From contig NW_003526941.1 in assembly GCF_000181795.1 (NCBI RefSeq), positions 9,568,353-9,632,352 on the forward strand: DNA of 64,000 nucleotides, given 5' to 3'. Positions 24,624 through 39,080 of this stretch are shown one piece after another. A program made the translations under genes and the position numbers. Source of the DNA: Trichinella spiralis (lineage: Eukaryota). Numbering within the stretch: position 1 is the stretch's first letter; the number at the start of each line of letters is the position of its first letter. The notes below the pieces were generated by a model. The model had not been told where the DNA came from and searched no databases. It was given only the letters and a program-made list of their open reading frames with translations.

Positions 24624-27600
24624 TTACGAAAGAAGAACATCAATAATTCGATCCAAACATCGACCAAACTCAGATACTAAAGTCATCTGAATGCACTCGC
24701 TGTCTCTTGGTACTTTTCTGCTCAATTCTACCGTATCGGCAATTAAACATTTTGTAACCGCTTCAATTACTTCTTCACTCAACAAAAAACCAGGCAACCT
24801 AAAGCAATTAAAAATAATACTAAGCAAAGCATAAAATAATACGCAATCGGCTCAATCAACGAAAGAAATGTTAATTTATATCCATATTTCTATCATAAAT
24901 AAATAAATATACCTTTTATTATCGCTTTTTTCATCGGTTTCTTCAGATCCGGATGAAAGTGAATCATTCGGATATTCACAAATTTGATTAGAACAAGAAT
25001 TACTAGTCGGTGTTGCATTAGACGATACTAAAGACTGTAAATGACCACGATTTCGATGATTACGATCCGCTTCCGTATTGCGACAGCCAACACATTTACA
25101 ACGTACAGTGCATGAAACTCTGGCCTGAAAAATGAAACGCTAGCGCAATCACAAGTTCATTTCTTATCTGGTTATAATTATGATAATCATCATCCACGCA
25201 CTTCATAACATTCACAATAATTTTTCAAACAGCTTGACTTTTTACAATTGCATCCCTTGTTGTGCAACCGTTCAGTGTCAGCTCGTCCTTTGCCTGAAAA
25301 ATACAAATAACAACCTCAATAAAGTTTCAATAATGCTCATCTGCTCATCATAATAAATATTTAAAAAATATAAACAATTATTAAACAAGCAAGTGGTGAT
25401 GTATAAAAAGATAAAGTTGAACAAAGATGTTTATCATCAAAGTAAACGTTTCAAATAGAAACAACTAAAATTATTTATTTTTACGTTGCTACCATAATTT
25501 CACTTGTTTTATTACCTGAAAATTTATAAATGAAATAGAAAGAACAAGAAAAATTCTTTCAAAAGCAAATAAACAATTATATAAAGTAATTAAGATAAGA
25601 AGTGGCGATCATCTGCGTTAAATAAAATTATTTACAGATCACAAAATATCGCATATATTTATAAAATATTAATTAACAATAATGTGCAATGGCTTAATAC
25701 TGTCTACAGTAAAACAGATAAACCTTGACTATCAACACAACAGTATCCATACATTCAATCTAGTACTGATAGACGACCTTCATTAGAAATCGACCTGAAC
25801 AATGCGCTGTTCTTACAAGCAAAGCAAAAACTCACTCTGGAGGTGTTATCAAAATCATTCTATAAACGGACAATCAAGGCTGTTCATTTTATAATAATTT
25901 TCAAATAATAATTAAACAAGTCTAATGAAAATGCGTTGATTGATGGTCGTAGCTCATTGCTGCTTCTGCGATGTAAATCACCTCCAACAATGTTACTCAT
26001 ACAATTATGCATAAAAATAAATAATTATTATCTCAACAGAGTCAATTAACATTAATCGACGTTGAAATAAAACGAAATTGAAAAAAGTTTTGATTATACA
26101 TATATATATATATATATATATATGCAAAGTACACTTTCTATGTTCATTAACAACACTGATTAGTAATAACGTTCAGAAAATAACTTTTCATTGAAATAAA
26201 TAAATAATTACCTATTTTTGGCTGAAAAGCCATCGGATTGCGCTCTAAACATGATTTAATTGCTCGACTCCTATCCAATTCATTCGTCAAATTATTAAGG
26301 CAGTTCGTGCAATGACAATTGCTGCAGAATTCACCATTCGCAAAACAATCACAATAACTAAATATAATATAAAATTTAAATGTGAAATCTTCAACTGAAA
26401 CAAAACAAAACAAAAATGAACGCTTACAGTTTTAAGCACTGTGATTTGGTGCAGTTGCACGGACGCCGATTATTAATCACCTGGCGTCTAAATTGAAAAC
26501 AGTAGTTAGGAAAAAATTTAAATTTCAAAGTACGAAAAAAGCATAAATCAAGCAGAAAATACCTTTTCAGAACAGGAGCTTCAGGAGTCGACTCGGTAGC
26601 TGGAAATGCAGCTTTGGTTTCATTCGAACCCTAAAGCAACAAACCCTATTATTAATAAATAAAACATGAATAATACAACAATCAAAACAGTTCAAAGTGT
26701 ACATTCACTTCACTAACTACGGCTGGACTGACGCTGGAGGCGACCGGTGACTTTGTAGTAGATGGAGAATTGATAGCGACTAAATATTTACTTTGAAGTG
26801 ACAAATGAAGAGAGGAGAAAAATAAAAGTACAAGCAAACCTGGAATTGTGACTGACTGACCGCCGGAAACCATGCAAACGCCACGTACCGACTGCGGCAG
26901 AATCATTCTTGCTTCGGAAGGCAATTTTCTCTTTTGGCCAAGTTCATCTGGTTTATCGGATTTCAACAAAAGTTTGGCAACTACTGGAGAATTAGCCGCC
27001 GGTGAATTTTTATTCACAGTTGTAGGAGAGATGGCAGCCGAACTGCCGGTGCCTTTGAGAACCATCAGACGCGTACTCTTGGCGGAAGGAGATACATGAG
27101 GAATTATCCTCGAACCGGCAGAGGACAAGCTAAGTCTAACTTTATGAGGACTCTGCGTTTGAACAGGAGCTTCATCAGGAAGCGGTGGCCTTGTGACAGA
27201 AGGCGATGCGGAAATTTCAGTAGAAGTTATAGCACCTTTAACGTTCACCACATTCAGAGAATGCCCAGTCAAATCAGAGGACAGGAGACTTTTACCAGGA
27301 GACTTCAGAACGGTAATTTTATTGCCCAAAATTTTAGGTAACTGCACCGCAGAAGTAGAAAATTTAGTCACAGATTGAGAAACATTCAATAATGAGAGGG
27401 AGTTCGATTTCGGAGGAATAAATATCGTTGGACTGTTAGATGAAGAAGCACGCACAATCTGCCCCTTCCTTAAGATAATATTACGGATCGGAGATAGAGT
27501 GGAAACAATACCACTGCCACTCGGCGACTGTTCATTTCCACTTAAGAAAGGCAAATTATCAGGAGCGCGAGCTAACAATGACCGTACTTCACAGTCTGAC

Positions 27601-27773
27601 ACTGCGGGCGGATTTTCAGTAATTTTATCAGGATTTTCGACAATTTTTTCTGGGTTCTCAACAATTTTTGCGGGGTCCTCAACAATTATTTCAGGGTTTT
27701 CATTAATTTTGTCAGAATTGTCAACAATTTTTTCAGGGTTTTCAGTAACTTTATCAGGATTTTCCTCATTCAT
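24624..27773 (-). CDS. lin-54: LIN-54/tesmin-like CRC (CXC) domain DNA-binding subunit of DREAM/MuvB, ~587 aa
   Basis: Exons 27773-26840, 26779-26703, 26630-26563, 26487-26428, 26357-26212, 25293-25202, 25124-24913 and 24798-24624 join in phase with GT-AG. Motifs [20 protein letters not shown], linker [29 protein letters not shown] and C-terminal EFGRCL. Confidence 0.93.
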
Positions 27774-29072
27774 ACTTTATCTAAAACAATACAATTTCGA
27801 AACAATAAGCATTAAACTGCACACCATCTACAAAACAAATGACAGCCGATAACAGTAGAAAAAATTTCAAATTACCTTTCAAGAAAAAACAAATCTATCC
27901 ACGAATTATTCCCGCGCCATACACTCTTCGCATTACATCTGAATTAAAAAAATAAACTTCCATAATATGCAGGTCGAGTAAACCGATTAATTACCACGTG
28001 CCGCACAACGCTTCACACAAAACGTCAAAACAGCGCCTGACGTATAAGACAATATTGATAATCAGGTTTAAATTTTAAAAGCTGCCCATGAATCATATAA
28101 ACTTTTTCTAATAGCTGATGATGCTTGTGCAAAACTCTAAAAAAATTTACCATACATTAAATTAAAGAATAAATTTTTTTAAATAAAGTATTTGAATTTT
28201 CTGACAACATAATTTAGAATACAGTATAAAGAGATTTTTACGTCGCATTTTTCTATTTAAAAATAATTGAAAAAATAGTTCCATAATTTATGGAATATAA
28301 TATTTATGTAAATTTCACATTTAATTTAATGATTAAACTGTTTTGTTTAATAAAAGAGTAACATTTAACAAAATAAATTATATAATATAAATTAAAAGTA
28401 AGTTAAATTTTACTTGGCATATTTAAGTCATAAATTCAAAAACGTGCAATACAAAACAATATTTCAAGCGTATGTAATTTTTGTTCCTGCATATTCTTTC
28501 AATAAATTAACAAGAAAAAGTTTTAATAAATTTAGCAAAATTACTTTAAAAATTCAAAATGTCTATTCAAATGTCAAGATTCTATTTCAACTAATAATGT
28601 TGTTTATATTTTTTAATAGATAATATCAACATATACAGTACTCTTCCTTATATGACATGAAAGTCAATGATTCTATAAATATCAACATTATTGTGGAATT
28701 ACATCCATTTAATGTACAAAAATAAAAACTGGATGTTTTCAATTTAACTAAGGATGTTACTTTTTTACAATTAGATAAATTTGAGATTACAAAAAATTTT
28801 ACTTACCGTTACCGCGAGAAATATTTTACTCTAGAATTTTACATCTAAAAATAAAAATGTTAGTTTTTTTTCGCTTTTGTAAATTTGTTTAATCAATATG
28901 AATTTTAACTCAAGTAATATAAAAATGATTGATTCTTTATTATTAGGTATTACTGTATATTTTTGAGGTAGCTTTCATTGTATTGTTTGTTGAATAGGGT
29001 GCTTCTGGTTGGTGAACACGTTTATGCTTTGAATTGCCATTAGAATAATCTGAAAATTTATTTACCTTAGAC

Positions 29073-30652
29073 ATGTTATCGGCAACTTTACCGATGATGA
29101 TTACAACGCGCGGTGCTAAGAGAAGAGGAGTGCAAGCGCTCCGTAAGCTGAAAGAAGCCAAACTTGGTATTAAAACCAAGGTCGTGAAAAAGGAACGTGC
29201 TTCTTCGCCCATCACAACCACCAAGTTGAGGTGCTGACTTGCCAACTTTTCAATAAATTGAAGTTCTTTCCAGTTACAACATTAAAATGTTGTTGTGGTT
29301 GTTTATCATGACGCTATAAAATTGATAACCTTTTACAAATAATGGTCATGTGCAAATGAAGAAAAAATAGGAAATTTGCTGAATATTAAATTTACTTTCC
29401 TTTTTTAACTATTCAAATGAAAGACAATTTCATTTAGCTCATCAATTGCCGCTCAGTATCCTGCAAGAGTTGAACTGCTGCCCGATTTGCTGGATGAACC
29501 GTTAGATTCTGTTTGGAAACTTCAATCATACATGCCAAAACGATATTTTATAAAAGATGCACTGGCATTGCATCGCGAATTGCAAAGTCCATCCATGTAC
29601 AACAATCCGTCAGCACTGCTACGTTTACGACTTGATTTAAATATGACATTGGAAAAAAAGGTCGTTGTTGTTTTTCTTATTTTACATTAACGCCTGTTAT
29701 ATATAGATGGTGACTTTTGTTTTGCTTCGTTTAAGACAAAATTTGTTGAACAGTCGAAACAGTTCATTGCCATGCCACACCCGTTCTACCACGGCCAAAA
29801 ACGTACAATTCTAGCTTTTGCTAAAGATCCACATATTCAAGTGATAGCCAATGAAGCTGGAGCGGAAATTACTGGTGGTCCAGAATTAGTTAAAAAGGTA
29901 TATCAAACCGTAGTATAGTGGAACCACTGCTAGTCGATGATTATCTATGTGCGGCAGATTCTGAAAGGTGTTGTTCGAATCGACGATATCGACTACAGCG
30001 TTTGCCATTTGGACATGATGACCGAGATAAATCAACTCAGGGGAGTGATGAAGAGAAAATTTCCTTCCAGAAAAATTGGTATCATCAGCAAAAGAGAAGA
30101 AATGAAGGATTCACACTTTTGACATATTAACCGATTTATTGCAGGTGCCATTGGGAGTGATATTGCCGCTTTGGTGAACCATTTCAGGACTGGTATCGGA
30201 TTTGAAGTGATACAAGATGCGATCAATCCACAGTGGGGAGTGACGAATGTTCTCATTGGAAAAGTATACATACTTTATATACTGCTGCAAAAATTTCAAA
30301 TTATACTTTGTTTCATTGATAAAATACTATTGTTTGAATACTTGTTCTATTCAGCTGGACATGCCCGACGATGACTTGGAAGAAAACATGAAAACAGTCA
30401 TTCAAACTGTTTATCCTCTTCGCTCTCCAGCTTTAGGTGAATAATAATAATAAATATTTGCTTCCCAAAACCGATTAACATAATTAATTAATCAATTCAG
30501 GTCCGTTCATCGAAAGAGCAGTTTTAATGGTAGTTCCAACAGTAATGGAATACTTTGAAATTGATCTCAGCCCTTATTTACCGGAACCTACTGATGAAGA
30601 TGAACAGGACGGTGGTGATCAGGAAGAGCAAATGGAACTGCGCAAACAGTAA
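29073..30652 (+). CDS. mrpl-1: Mitochondrial large ribosomal subunit protein uL1m
   Basis: Exons 29073-29230, 29438-29660, 29736-29897, 29958-30078, 30145-30263, 30355-30436 and 30501-30652 join in phase. Basic N-terminal presequence and L1-like segments MPHPF, ILAFA, AGAEITGGPELVKKI, KRKFP and IGKLDM...LEEN. Confidence 0.82.
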
Positions 30653-30856
30653 CAGCGCTGAAATGGAACACCTACAGCAAATTTCTATACGTACATATCC
30701 ACAGATATCTATATATATATATATATGTGTGTATATATTCAATATGCAATTGTATCATCACGAGATTAATAAAATTATTTATACGGTGTTCGCTTCCTGT
30801 AATCTTGCTATATAATATAGTTTTTTTTTCACATTCTTCTTCTTCTTCGTCTACTT

Positions 30857-33800
30857 TCATACGACCTTGTATTTGGCTTTGTTATAAGTTTGTGCAGATG
30901 TCAACGAAGCCAACTTTCGAAGCTCTTCTTTCAGCACGCGAATAATTTCATTTCTGGCTCGAGTTATCGCCAGCTCACTGACCGCTTCAATGCACAAATA
31001 CAGACGTCGTTCTCCTTCTTTGGGCTCCTTTCCAGCAGGAACGTAAGAACCTTTGACCGATATGCCAACTTCGGCGTACTCTTGAATTTGGGATATACTA
31101 TCTCGACTGGTGATCTTCCAACGCACTTGTTGGGGAAAATCGTTGATTTCCAATTCTTCTTCGTAACGAGAAAATGTTTGCTGTTGTTCTTGTTGGGGCA
31201 TTTCGGTTGGAATGTAATTGAGCTTTTCGTTCAATTTTCCCGCCAACTGCTGGGCAATGGTTTTCGCTGAAACATTCACCGGACCAGTGGTGGCGCCTTT
31301 CATCACCGCCTCGGCGGTCTGCTGGGTAACGTCTTTGGCACCGACGCCGATGTTCTTTTCCAAATTGATCTGTCTTGCCAGCTGTTTCGCCTTTTCCAAC
31401 GCTGACTGATTGGTCGTTGCCGCTCCGGATGAACTCGAAGCAAGCGGTACAGAGCCTTCAGTAACACGACGTGTCGATTTCATCAAACTCTGTATTTGTT
31501 GATCGATGTCTTCTTCGTCATCATCCGATCCCTGTGAAAAGCAAGCAGCGTTGAAACAAATCAAATATTATACGCAACACAAAACACAAATCAAAACAAT
31601 TTTTTTCAACACAACAATCATCCATCATACACACACACTATACCTGCAAGCCAAGCACAAGTTTCTCGATGCTGCGTTTGGATTTCACGGCTTCAGCTTC
31701 TGCTTCGTCAAAGCGAAAACCGTGACCACCGTAACCACCTCCGCCATGTTTCACCTCTTTTCCTTCCAATGCCATCTGTTGCTTGTACGTTTCCCACATC
31801 AGCTTCAAACCAGGCGGCACTTCTTGGCCTGCCAATTCGAAAGCTTTAACAATATTTCCAGCGCTGACCTCTTGACCATACGGTTGAATGAATGTATACG
31901 CAAATCCTTTGTTACCAGCACGACCACATCGCCCCACACGATGCACGTAGTCTTCGTAATGATTTGGACAATCGTAATTCACGACAAGAATCATGTTTTT
32001 CACATCCAGTCCACGTGCAGCCACTGAAGTGGCAATCAGAAGCGTGATGACGCCATTTTTGAAGTCCACAATCGTCGAATCACGATCAAACTGATCCAAG
32101 CCCCCGTGCAATGGTGCACAAATATAGCCGGCTCTCATCAGATCAGCCACAAGTTCGTCGGCGTGTTCTTGTTTGTCGACAAATATCAAAATATTCCCCA
32201 ATTCATAATAAACACCAAGCAATTCCAACAATTTCAAAAAACGATGCTCTTCATCAACAATAATCGCATGCTGTTCCACATCCTGACAAACGGTACTTCG
32301 ATTGCCAACGATAATTTCGATCGGTTTTTCAAGCACCTTTCTGGCCAAGGCTTCCATTTGTCTTGGAAATGTGGCTGAGAACATAACTGTCTGTCGATCT
32401 GGTCGAATATTGCCAATAATTTTTAAAACCTATTAAAAAAATACATTTAAATTTACTTTCCAGCAAATAAAACAAACATACTTGAGGCTCAAAACCCATG
32501 TCGAACATTCGATCCGCTTCGTCAAGAACGAGATATGTAACCCGACGCAGATTGGTCACTTTACCATTATTCGCCGCTAACATGTCGATCATTCGTCCTG
32601 GTGTACAGACAATAATTTCAGCGCCACGTTTCAATTCGGCAATTTGTTCAGAAATTCCAGTGCCGCCGTAAACGCATACTGTAGATAAATTCAAAGGACG
32701 GCTGAATTTTTTGCATTCTTTCGCTATCTGCATGGCGAGCTCTCTTGTGGGAGTCATAATCAACGCTGCATAAAATTAGAAATACATTCATTTTTCAAGG
32801 AAAAACTAACTAATGCGCAGTATTGTACTGGTCTCTCATTACCAATAGGTCCATCCATGTCGTCCAGCGGTGGCTGATCGAGCACGTGCCTGAACATTGG
32901 TATTAGAAATGCAAGTGTTTTACCACTACCGGTCTTGGCAATACCAATTACATCACGACCGCACAAAATTGCCGGTATAGCTTGGGCTTGTATAGGGGTC
33001 GGCTTTTCGTAGTTGTACTTCTTCAACAGGTCCATCACACGACGACTGCTGCCGGTCTGGGCCCAATTTTTTATTGGCTTGGGACAATTTTTCCCTCTCA
33101 CGCGTATACCTTCCAACTGTTCTCGATAAGCGTCCACTTCCTCTTGACTCATTTTCGCCAAATCTGCCACTTCAACGTAGAAATTTTTCCTGAACGCTCT
33201 GTAATAAACTTTGTCATGATTGGTAATTGGCAATTGTTTAGCCTGAGCTGCTAAACTGCTAATCGCCTGTTCAATGTCCACATCTTGTTCTTCATCTGAA
33301 TATTCCAAAGCATCGGCATTTTGCTCGACAATGTCACCTTTTTTATTTATCGAATCTTTCGACTTGTTGTTGTTGTTGTTGTTCACTTTGGTAACCAAAA
33401 CGACTTTTGATTGCCCTTTTGAACCGGCTCCACCAGCAGCTGTTGGATCGATACCTCGAGTTTGTCGAATCTGCTGATGCACTTCCTCAAATATTCAAAC
33501 ATCATAACAAATAAATACAACTTTATAAATTATTGTACTTGCATGAACACGTCAAGTGGATCAGGCTCATCTTGCTCTTCCGGTACAGGTTCCTGGGGCT
33601 TATTGGTTTCGGAATTGTTCAATTCGGTATGCAAATCCGATTCATCATCTTCAGCATCGTCTTCCAACGTCCATGCCTTGGAAGGCTTGTTAACTTTAGC
33701 TTCGGAAACGATGTCAATTTGACCAGAAGCGATCAGTTGTGCCCTGCGTTCGGCTCGCCAGCGCTCGATTCGTTCTTTACGTTTTCGCATCTCTTCGTCG

Positions 33801-34072
33801 AGCTTCTTTTCCGCCTCTTTGCCGGGCATTTCGAAATAATTCACTGCAGACTGAGAACCAGCACTGGCGGCGCCGTCGTCATTCAAATTCCGCTCAACAC
33901 TGCTCGATCCGCTTCGACTTCTGCTCCGATGGCGGTGCCGAGGTGAACCAGACCTCGACCGGCTCTTCGTCCGATGTCGACCATGCTCATGGCGACGTTT
34001 ACGACGACGACGTTCCCGATCACGGCTACGACTACCACTACGAGATCGATGTGAACGCTCTGAACGGCCCAT
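30857..34072 (-). CDS. ddx-46: DEAD-box RNA helicase DDX46/Prp5, ~973 aa
   Basis: Exons 34072-33539, 33485-32843, 32765-32482, 32429-31644 and 31531-30857. RS-rich N-terminus, Prp5 DPLD motif, [48 protein letters not shown] and C-terminal [10 protein letters not shown]-like region. Confidence 0.95.
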
Positions 34073-35443
34073 TTCCAAAACCAAAAAAAAATTAACAAAA
34101 TAATAAATTATTAATAATCATAAAAATTCAATTTCGCTGCAAAAAAATCATCCTGTTTTATGATAAGAAGATTAATGTATACATTACAGTATACTCACTG
34201 AGAATTTCACTTCTCAACATCATTTCAATTGCCTGGTACATGATACAAGTTCTACGTATCACTGTGATCTTACAAATTATACCTCGAACTTAGACAAATG
34301 TCAAATATCAGAAAAATGTATTATTCATATTAAAAATAACAAAAAAAATACAAACTAAAAACAATTCTAAACAAACTACAAAGTTTTCAATAAGTAGTAG
34401 CTGAATATAATATTTCCTTATGCTTGATGTTAATTCAGTTAAAATATTCAACATCGAAAAGAGCGAAAGCTGTGACTACAAAAAATCAAAACTCAAATCA
34501 AGAAAAAAAAACAACTAGTCATTCAACTATGAAACTGTTAACACAATTAATAATTAACCAATCCTTTTTTTCATCAAAAAAAACTATTAACAACAATAAT
34601 TAGAGCATACCCCAAGTGCACAAGCTTAATATAATTTATAAAATAAAACAATTAACCACATTAATCATAATTGATTACAAGAAAATGAATGTATTAAGAT
34701 AAATTAAGTCAAATGCGCGATCCGTTTCACCATTCTGAAGAAACGACACGAAACAACAATACATGATATAGTAAATAAATGATGTGAAAGTTTTCAGTTA
34801 AATATAACATTAAACAATAATGTGAATTAATCAAGGTGCCTTATGTACAGCATAAATGTGAGTTGTCCACGCATCAATGACCTCAATTTTTATTACAGCA
34901 AAGAAAAAAGATTTTATTCACTGTCTCCTTCTATTAAAAAAAATAACATATTTGAAATTATAATAAATTGTACTTACAAATAACAAAATGGGATAAGATT
35001 ACAAATTAAAAAGAGCTCAGTATAAGTGCAAAAAAGAGAAATTGTTGCCCAACGTTAGTCTACTGTAATTTTCTGGTTGCAGGTATTAATGCAAAAATAA
35101 TTTGAGATTGAAATAGCTGCCATCATAAAAAAAACTAATATAAAATCATCTGGATTTCAACTTTCAACTCGATCATAAAATTAAGTATTTCCAAATTAAA
35201 GAAAAATGAAAATAGCACATCTTCCTAATTGAAACAAGTTTAAGTATAATTTCGTCGACGTTAATTTTAAATTGATCATTGAATCTTAATAAAATGAAAA
35301 AATTTTATAACGAAAACTTAATGTTGCTAAAAAAAATTAAATGCTAAATAACATGACAGAAAGCACATGTCATGCAAATAAAATGTTACCTGAACTTCGC
35401 TGTACTGTAATTTTCTTCTGAATTGTTTTTGTATAGGATAAAA

Positions 35444-36239
35444 ATGGAAAACAGTCAAATGTGTCCACTGGAATTTTCTCCCGTGCGTACGTTGGATGAC
35501 TTTCTACTCGGATCGGCAAGATTTCAAGCACCAACTTTCCACGACGCCCAACGTTGGTCAAATCGCGTTCTAAAAAATCTCCTGTATTATCAGTCGAACT
35601 ATTTTCTACTGGAAATTATATTTTTTTTCTTAATAGGGTAAGCAAAAAAATAAATGATTAAATAAATCAGAATGAAAAAAGTGTGCTTTCATTGTATGAG
35701 AAAAACAACAACACCGTTATTATAGTTTAACACGACCGCGTGATATGCTTCTCGGCTTGATAGCGACAGTTCTTTCAGTTGGTGCTGTTTATATCACTAG
35801 CACTAGTCAAGCGGATGTTGTGAAAGTCAAGAAAGATCATCCACTGGTGTGTTTAGCTATAATAGTCAGTTCTATGTATATATTGTTCCAAATGTTTGAC
35901 GCTGTCATGTTTGCCGTGTTCGCTCTACTGATGCCAGCACTATGTGAGTATCTGTTTTATTTCATTTTTTAAAATAATTTTTGAAATGAAAGAACAAATT
36001 TTTACTTTCACAGTTCTAGATGATGTAAATATTGTTTAAAAAAAGCTGAAAATTTAACCAAATTTTAAATTCTGAAATTTAATATTTCAGTAATATTATT
36101 TCACGCGTCGTGTCGTCTTCGGAATGTTCGCAACAAAATTGAAAACAAGATCGAAGCTCTTGGAGTGAAAAAATCGCCAATGGGACATATGCTAGAAATG
36201 TGTGGTTTGCATCTTGATCTACTGATGAAAGTAGAATAG
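35444..36239 (+). CDS. praf-3: PRA1-family membrane protein (PRAF3/ARL6IP5/JWA-like)
   Basis: Exons 35444-35637, 35726-35943 and 36091-36239. Motifs P.R.LDDFLLGSARF, RV.KNLLYYQSNY, two long hydrophobic stretches and HASCRLRN..NKIENK. Confidence 0.9.
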
Positions 36240-37414
36240 TCTGAAATTGAATATTTGTTTAAAATGCCTACAGTTTTTCTAGTGTATTTGCAGTTTGCCA
36301 TCTTTTCCACTTTCCACAGCATTAAAAAATATTTCCAGGATTAATGGTAAACATTTTTGATTGAATTTTTAGAATGATATATATATGTGTGTGTATGTGA
36401 ATGTTTTCTTTCAAATAATATGACATTTAAGAAATATGAAAAATTCATTCCCTGATTTTCAAAATAAAATTGGTTCAGTGTGAAAAATTCTTTTGTCCGT
36501 GAAGTTGTTATTTTCAGTGTAAAATTAATTCACTCGAAATTGACCAAAATGGAGCATATTTGCGACGCATTTTGCAGAACAGCTGAGAAAAGGTGATCCA
36601 AAATGTTCATAAAAGATGAAAAAAGTGATTTGTTTTTTCCGTAATCTAGGAATGCAGTATATTCCATTAATTTTGATTATTTTTGAGCCTTAAGAAGATG
36701 AAGAAGAAGAAATATATCATTTGAAGTGAAATTTAGTATGATAAGTGCGATTTGGTTCTATCGCCGGCATCATGATAGATAGTTTAGAGAAATTTTCTAA
36801 CTCAAAAACGCATATTCAGCTCAGGGACAGCCTTAGCTGGTACTACAACTGAAGCATATTATAACCAATATATGTACGACCGTGCAAACTTATTTAAACC
36901 ATAGTTCATTTCACTGTAAAGTTCATTCAAACGCGATCTTTTCAAAATTTCAATTATTGTATAGCTTGAAGAATACACAACCTATATTATTATTATTATT
37001 AAAAATATAAATTAAAAAGAAAACACTTTGTTGTTATTAGATTTGAATTTTTGGTGCATTTGCTTTGAAAATTTTGCACAGTATTTCCATCGATTGTGCG
37101 ATATAACCTGAGCATGAAAGGCACAAAGAAAAAACGACAATGCTGATTTAAAATGTTTTTTTACATAATTCTGTTTATTGAATAGCAAACGTCACACAAT
37201 CGAGGTCAATAAAATGATTAAACAACATACGCAATTGCATTACATTTTCCCTTTATCCGCCTAGCAAATGATTTCTGCTTACCTGTGAAGAATGAAAAAT
37301 CATCATATAATGTAAATTAGTTCTAATTTGTTACTGTAAATTTTCAAAATACCACTTATAATATTTCAAATGTCAGCATCCTGCCCAAGTGGAACTATTA
37401 AAATTCGATGAAAG

Positions 37415-37416
<2 letters not shown>

Positions 37417-37452
<36 letters not shown>
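37417..37452. repeat. (TA)n microsatellite
   Basis: Directly visible, ~18 units. Confidence 0.95.
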
Positions 37453-37455
<3 letters not shown>

Positions 37456-38968
37456 TTACTATTTTACTTGTATTATTTGATTTACAATATGACCAAAGCA
37501 ATTCGACGTAATAATGAAATATAATGTAAAAAAATCATACTGAAAATAGCACAGAAACATACAGCTGACAAATAATGAACGAATGTTTCAAAAAATGAAG
37601 CATACTGTACAATTGGTCAATTATGCAACGTGTTGCGCGTAGGGAGAAAAGTTGATGATTGGTCGAATTTTAAATTAACAACAAATAAACTGGTAGTTGA
37701 AACAAAGCTTAATATCAATTCAACTGTTGCCATTGGCAATGCTTGCTTACGGATGATTTGAAAATGCACCTTGAGAACAACCGATTTCGTGCTCATTTTA
37801 AAATTATCTTGCCGCTGCCGATTTCATATAGCTTAACCAGCACAACTGCAAATTTGAAAAATATCAAAATGTGCAAATGTGAATTTTTAAAAATTATCAA
37901 TCAAATTCTTTATTATTGTTTTTTTTGAATAACAACTGACAGAAAATTTTTTCAATGGGAAATAAGCAACAAAAAAATGAGCGAGCAGAAAGCGAGCAAC
38001 AACAGCCGAGCAGACTGCCTGCCGCAAAGAATATTTTCCTAAGCATGTCGTCAACGATTAATTCGCATATCTTTTCTTCATCTCAAAATGCAACATTTCA
38101 AAATTTTTACTATAAATATAACATGATATCAAAATTAAATTTATTCTCAGTGAATTTTTTTTAATTTTATTTTTCAAAAAAATAGTTGATCAAATCTAAC
38201 GTCAAAAGTAGCTTGAATATTATTAATTATTCATTTGCTTTACCTTTTTTTTGATTTGAATAAAACAAACTGAAAATAAATAAAGAAGAAGAAGAACAAA
38301 GATGAGCATTGTGCATTGTATAAAATTTTCGACAAGATGTCGTCGAAGTGAAAAAGTCGATTGTAATTGTCAATAAACTATTAACAATTAAGTCTACGGT
38401 AAAAAAATTTTGTTTTTAATTTTCTATTAAAATTAACAATAAAAATATTTTATTCAACAATGAAGAACAGATCTTCCTATTAGAGTGTTTAAAAAAAAGT
38501 ACCATCTTTCCCCTACAGTATGTTTTTCAGGCAGTTCAACAGTTGAACAATCACAAGTCGTTCATTCAAAATTGATGAGCATCTTTCGTCATCATAAGAA
38601 ATAAATAAAGAAAATCCACCCATGCTGTAATCAATGAATAATGCTGCATGAAAACAAAACATAAGCGATAAATCTCTTTATGCTATTTATATAAAAATTC
38701 TTTTTTTATCTGTCAACAAAAATAATTGAAACAAAAAATTTAATTTTTGTTGGCAAAATGTTATCACTGTAATTATTATACAATTACAATATGTTTTAAC
38801 ATTTACGCTACGGATGATGATAAATACAAGAAATAAAAAGTATCAGATATATGTATTATTCATATAATAGGAAAGAAAATGAAGATGATAAAATAAGAAC
38901 GACCAATCTCATGATAGAATCAAAAGAGAATTGTGTAATAATTTTTTACACATTGAGAGATGATCCTT

Positions 38969-39080
<112 letters not shown>

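Noticed and set aside
25836..25859. Possible 24-nt poison exon in the long lin-54 intron (tttatag|...|gtgagt, minus strand)
   Set aside because: Splice-like motifs only, and such matches are common by chance in AT-rich introns.
30890..34098. Many plus-strand and alternative-frame ORFs over DDX46
   Set aside because: Shadow ORFs of a GC-richer coding region.
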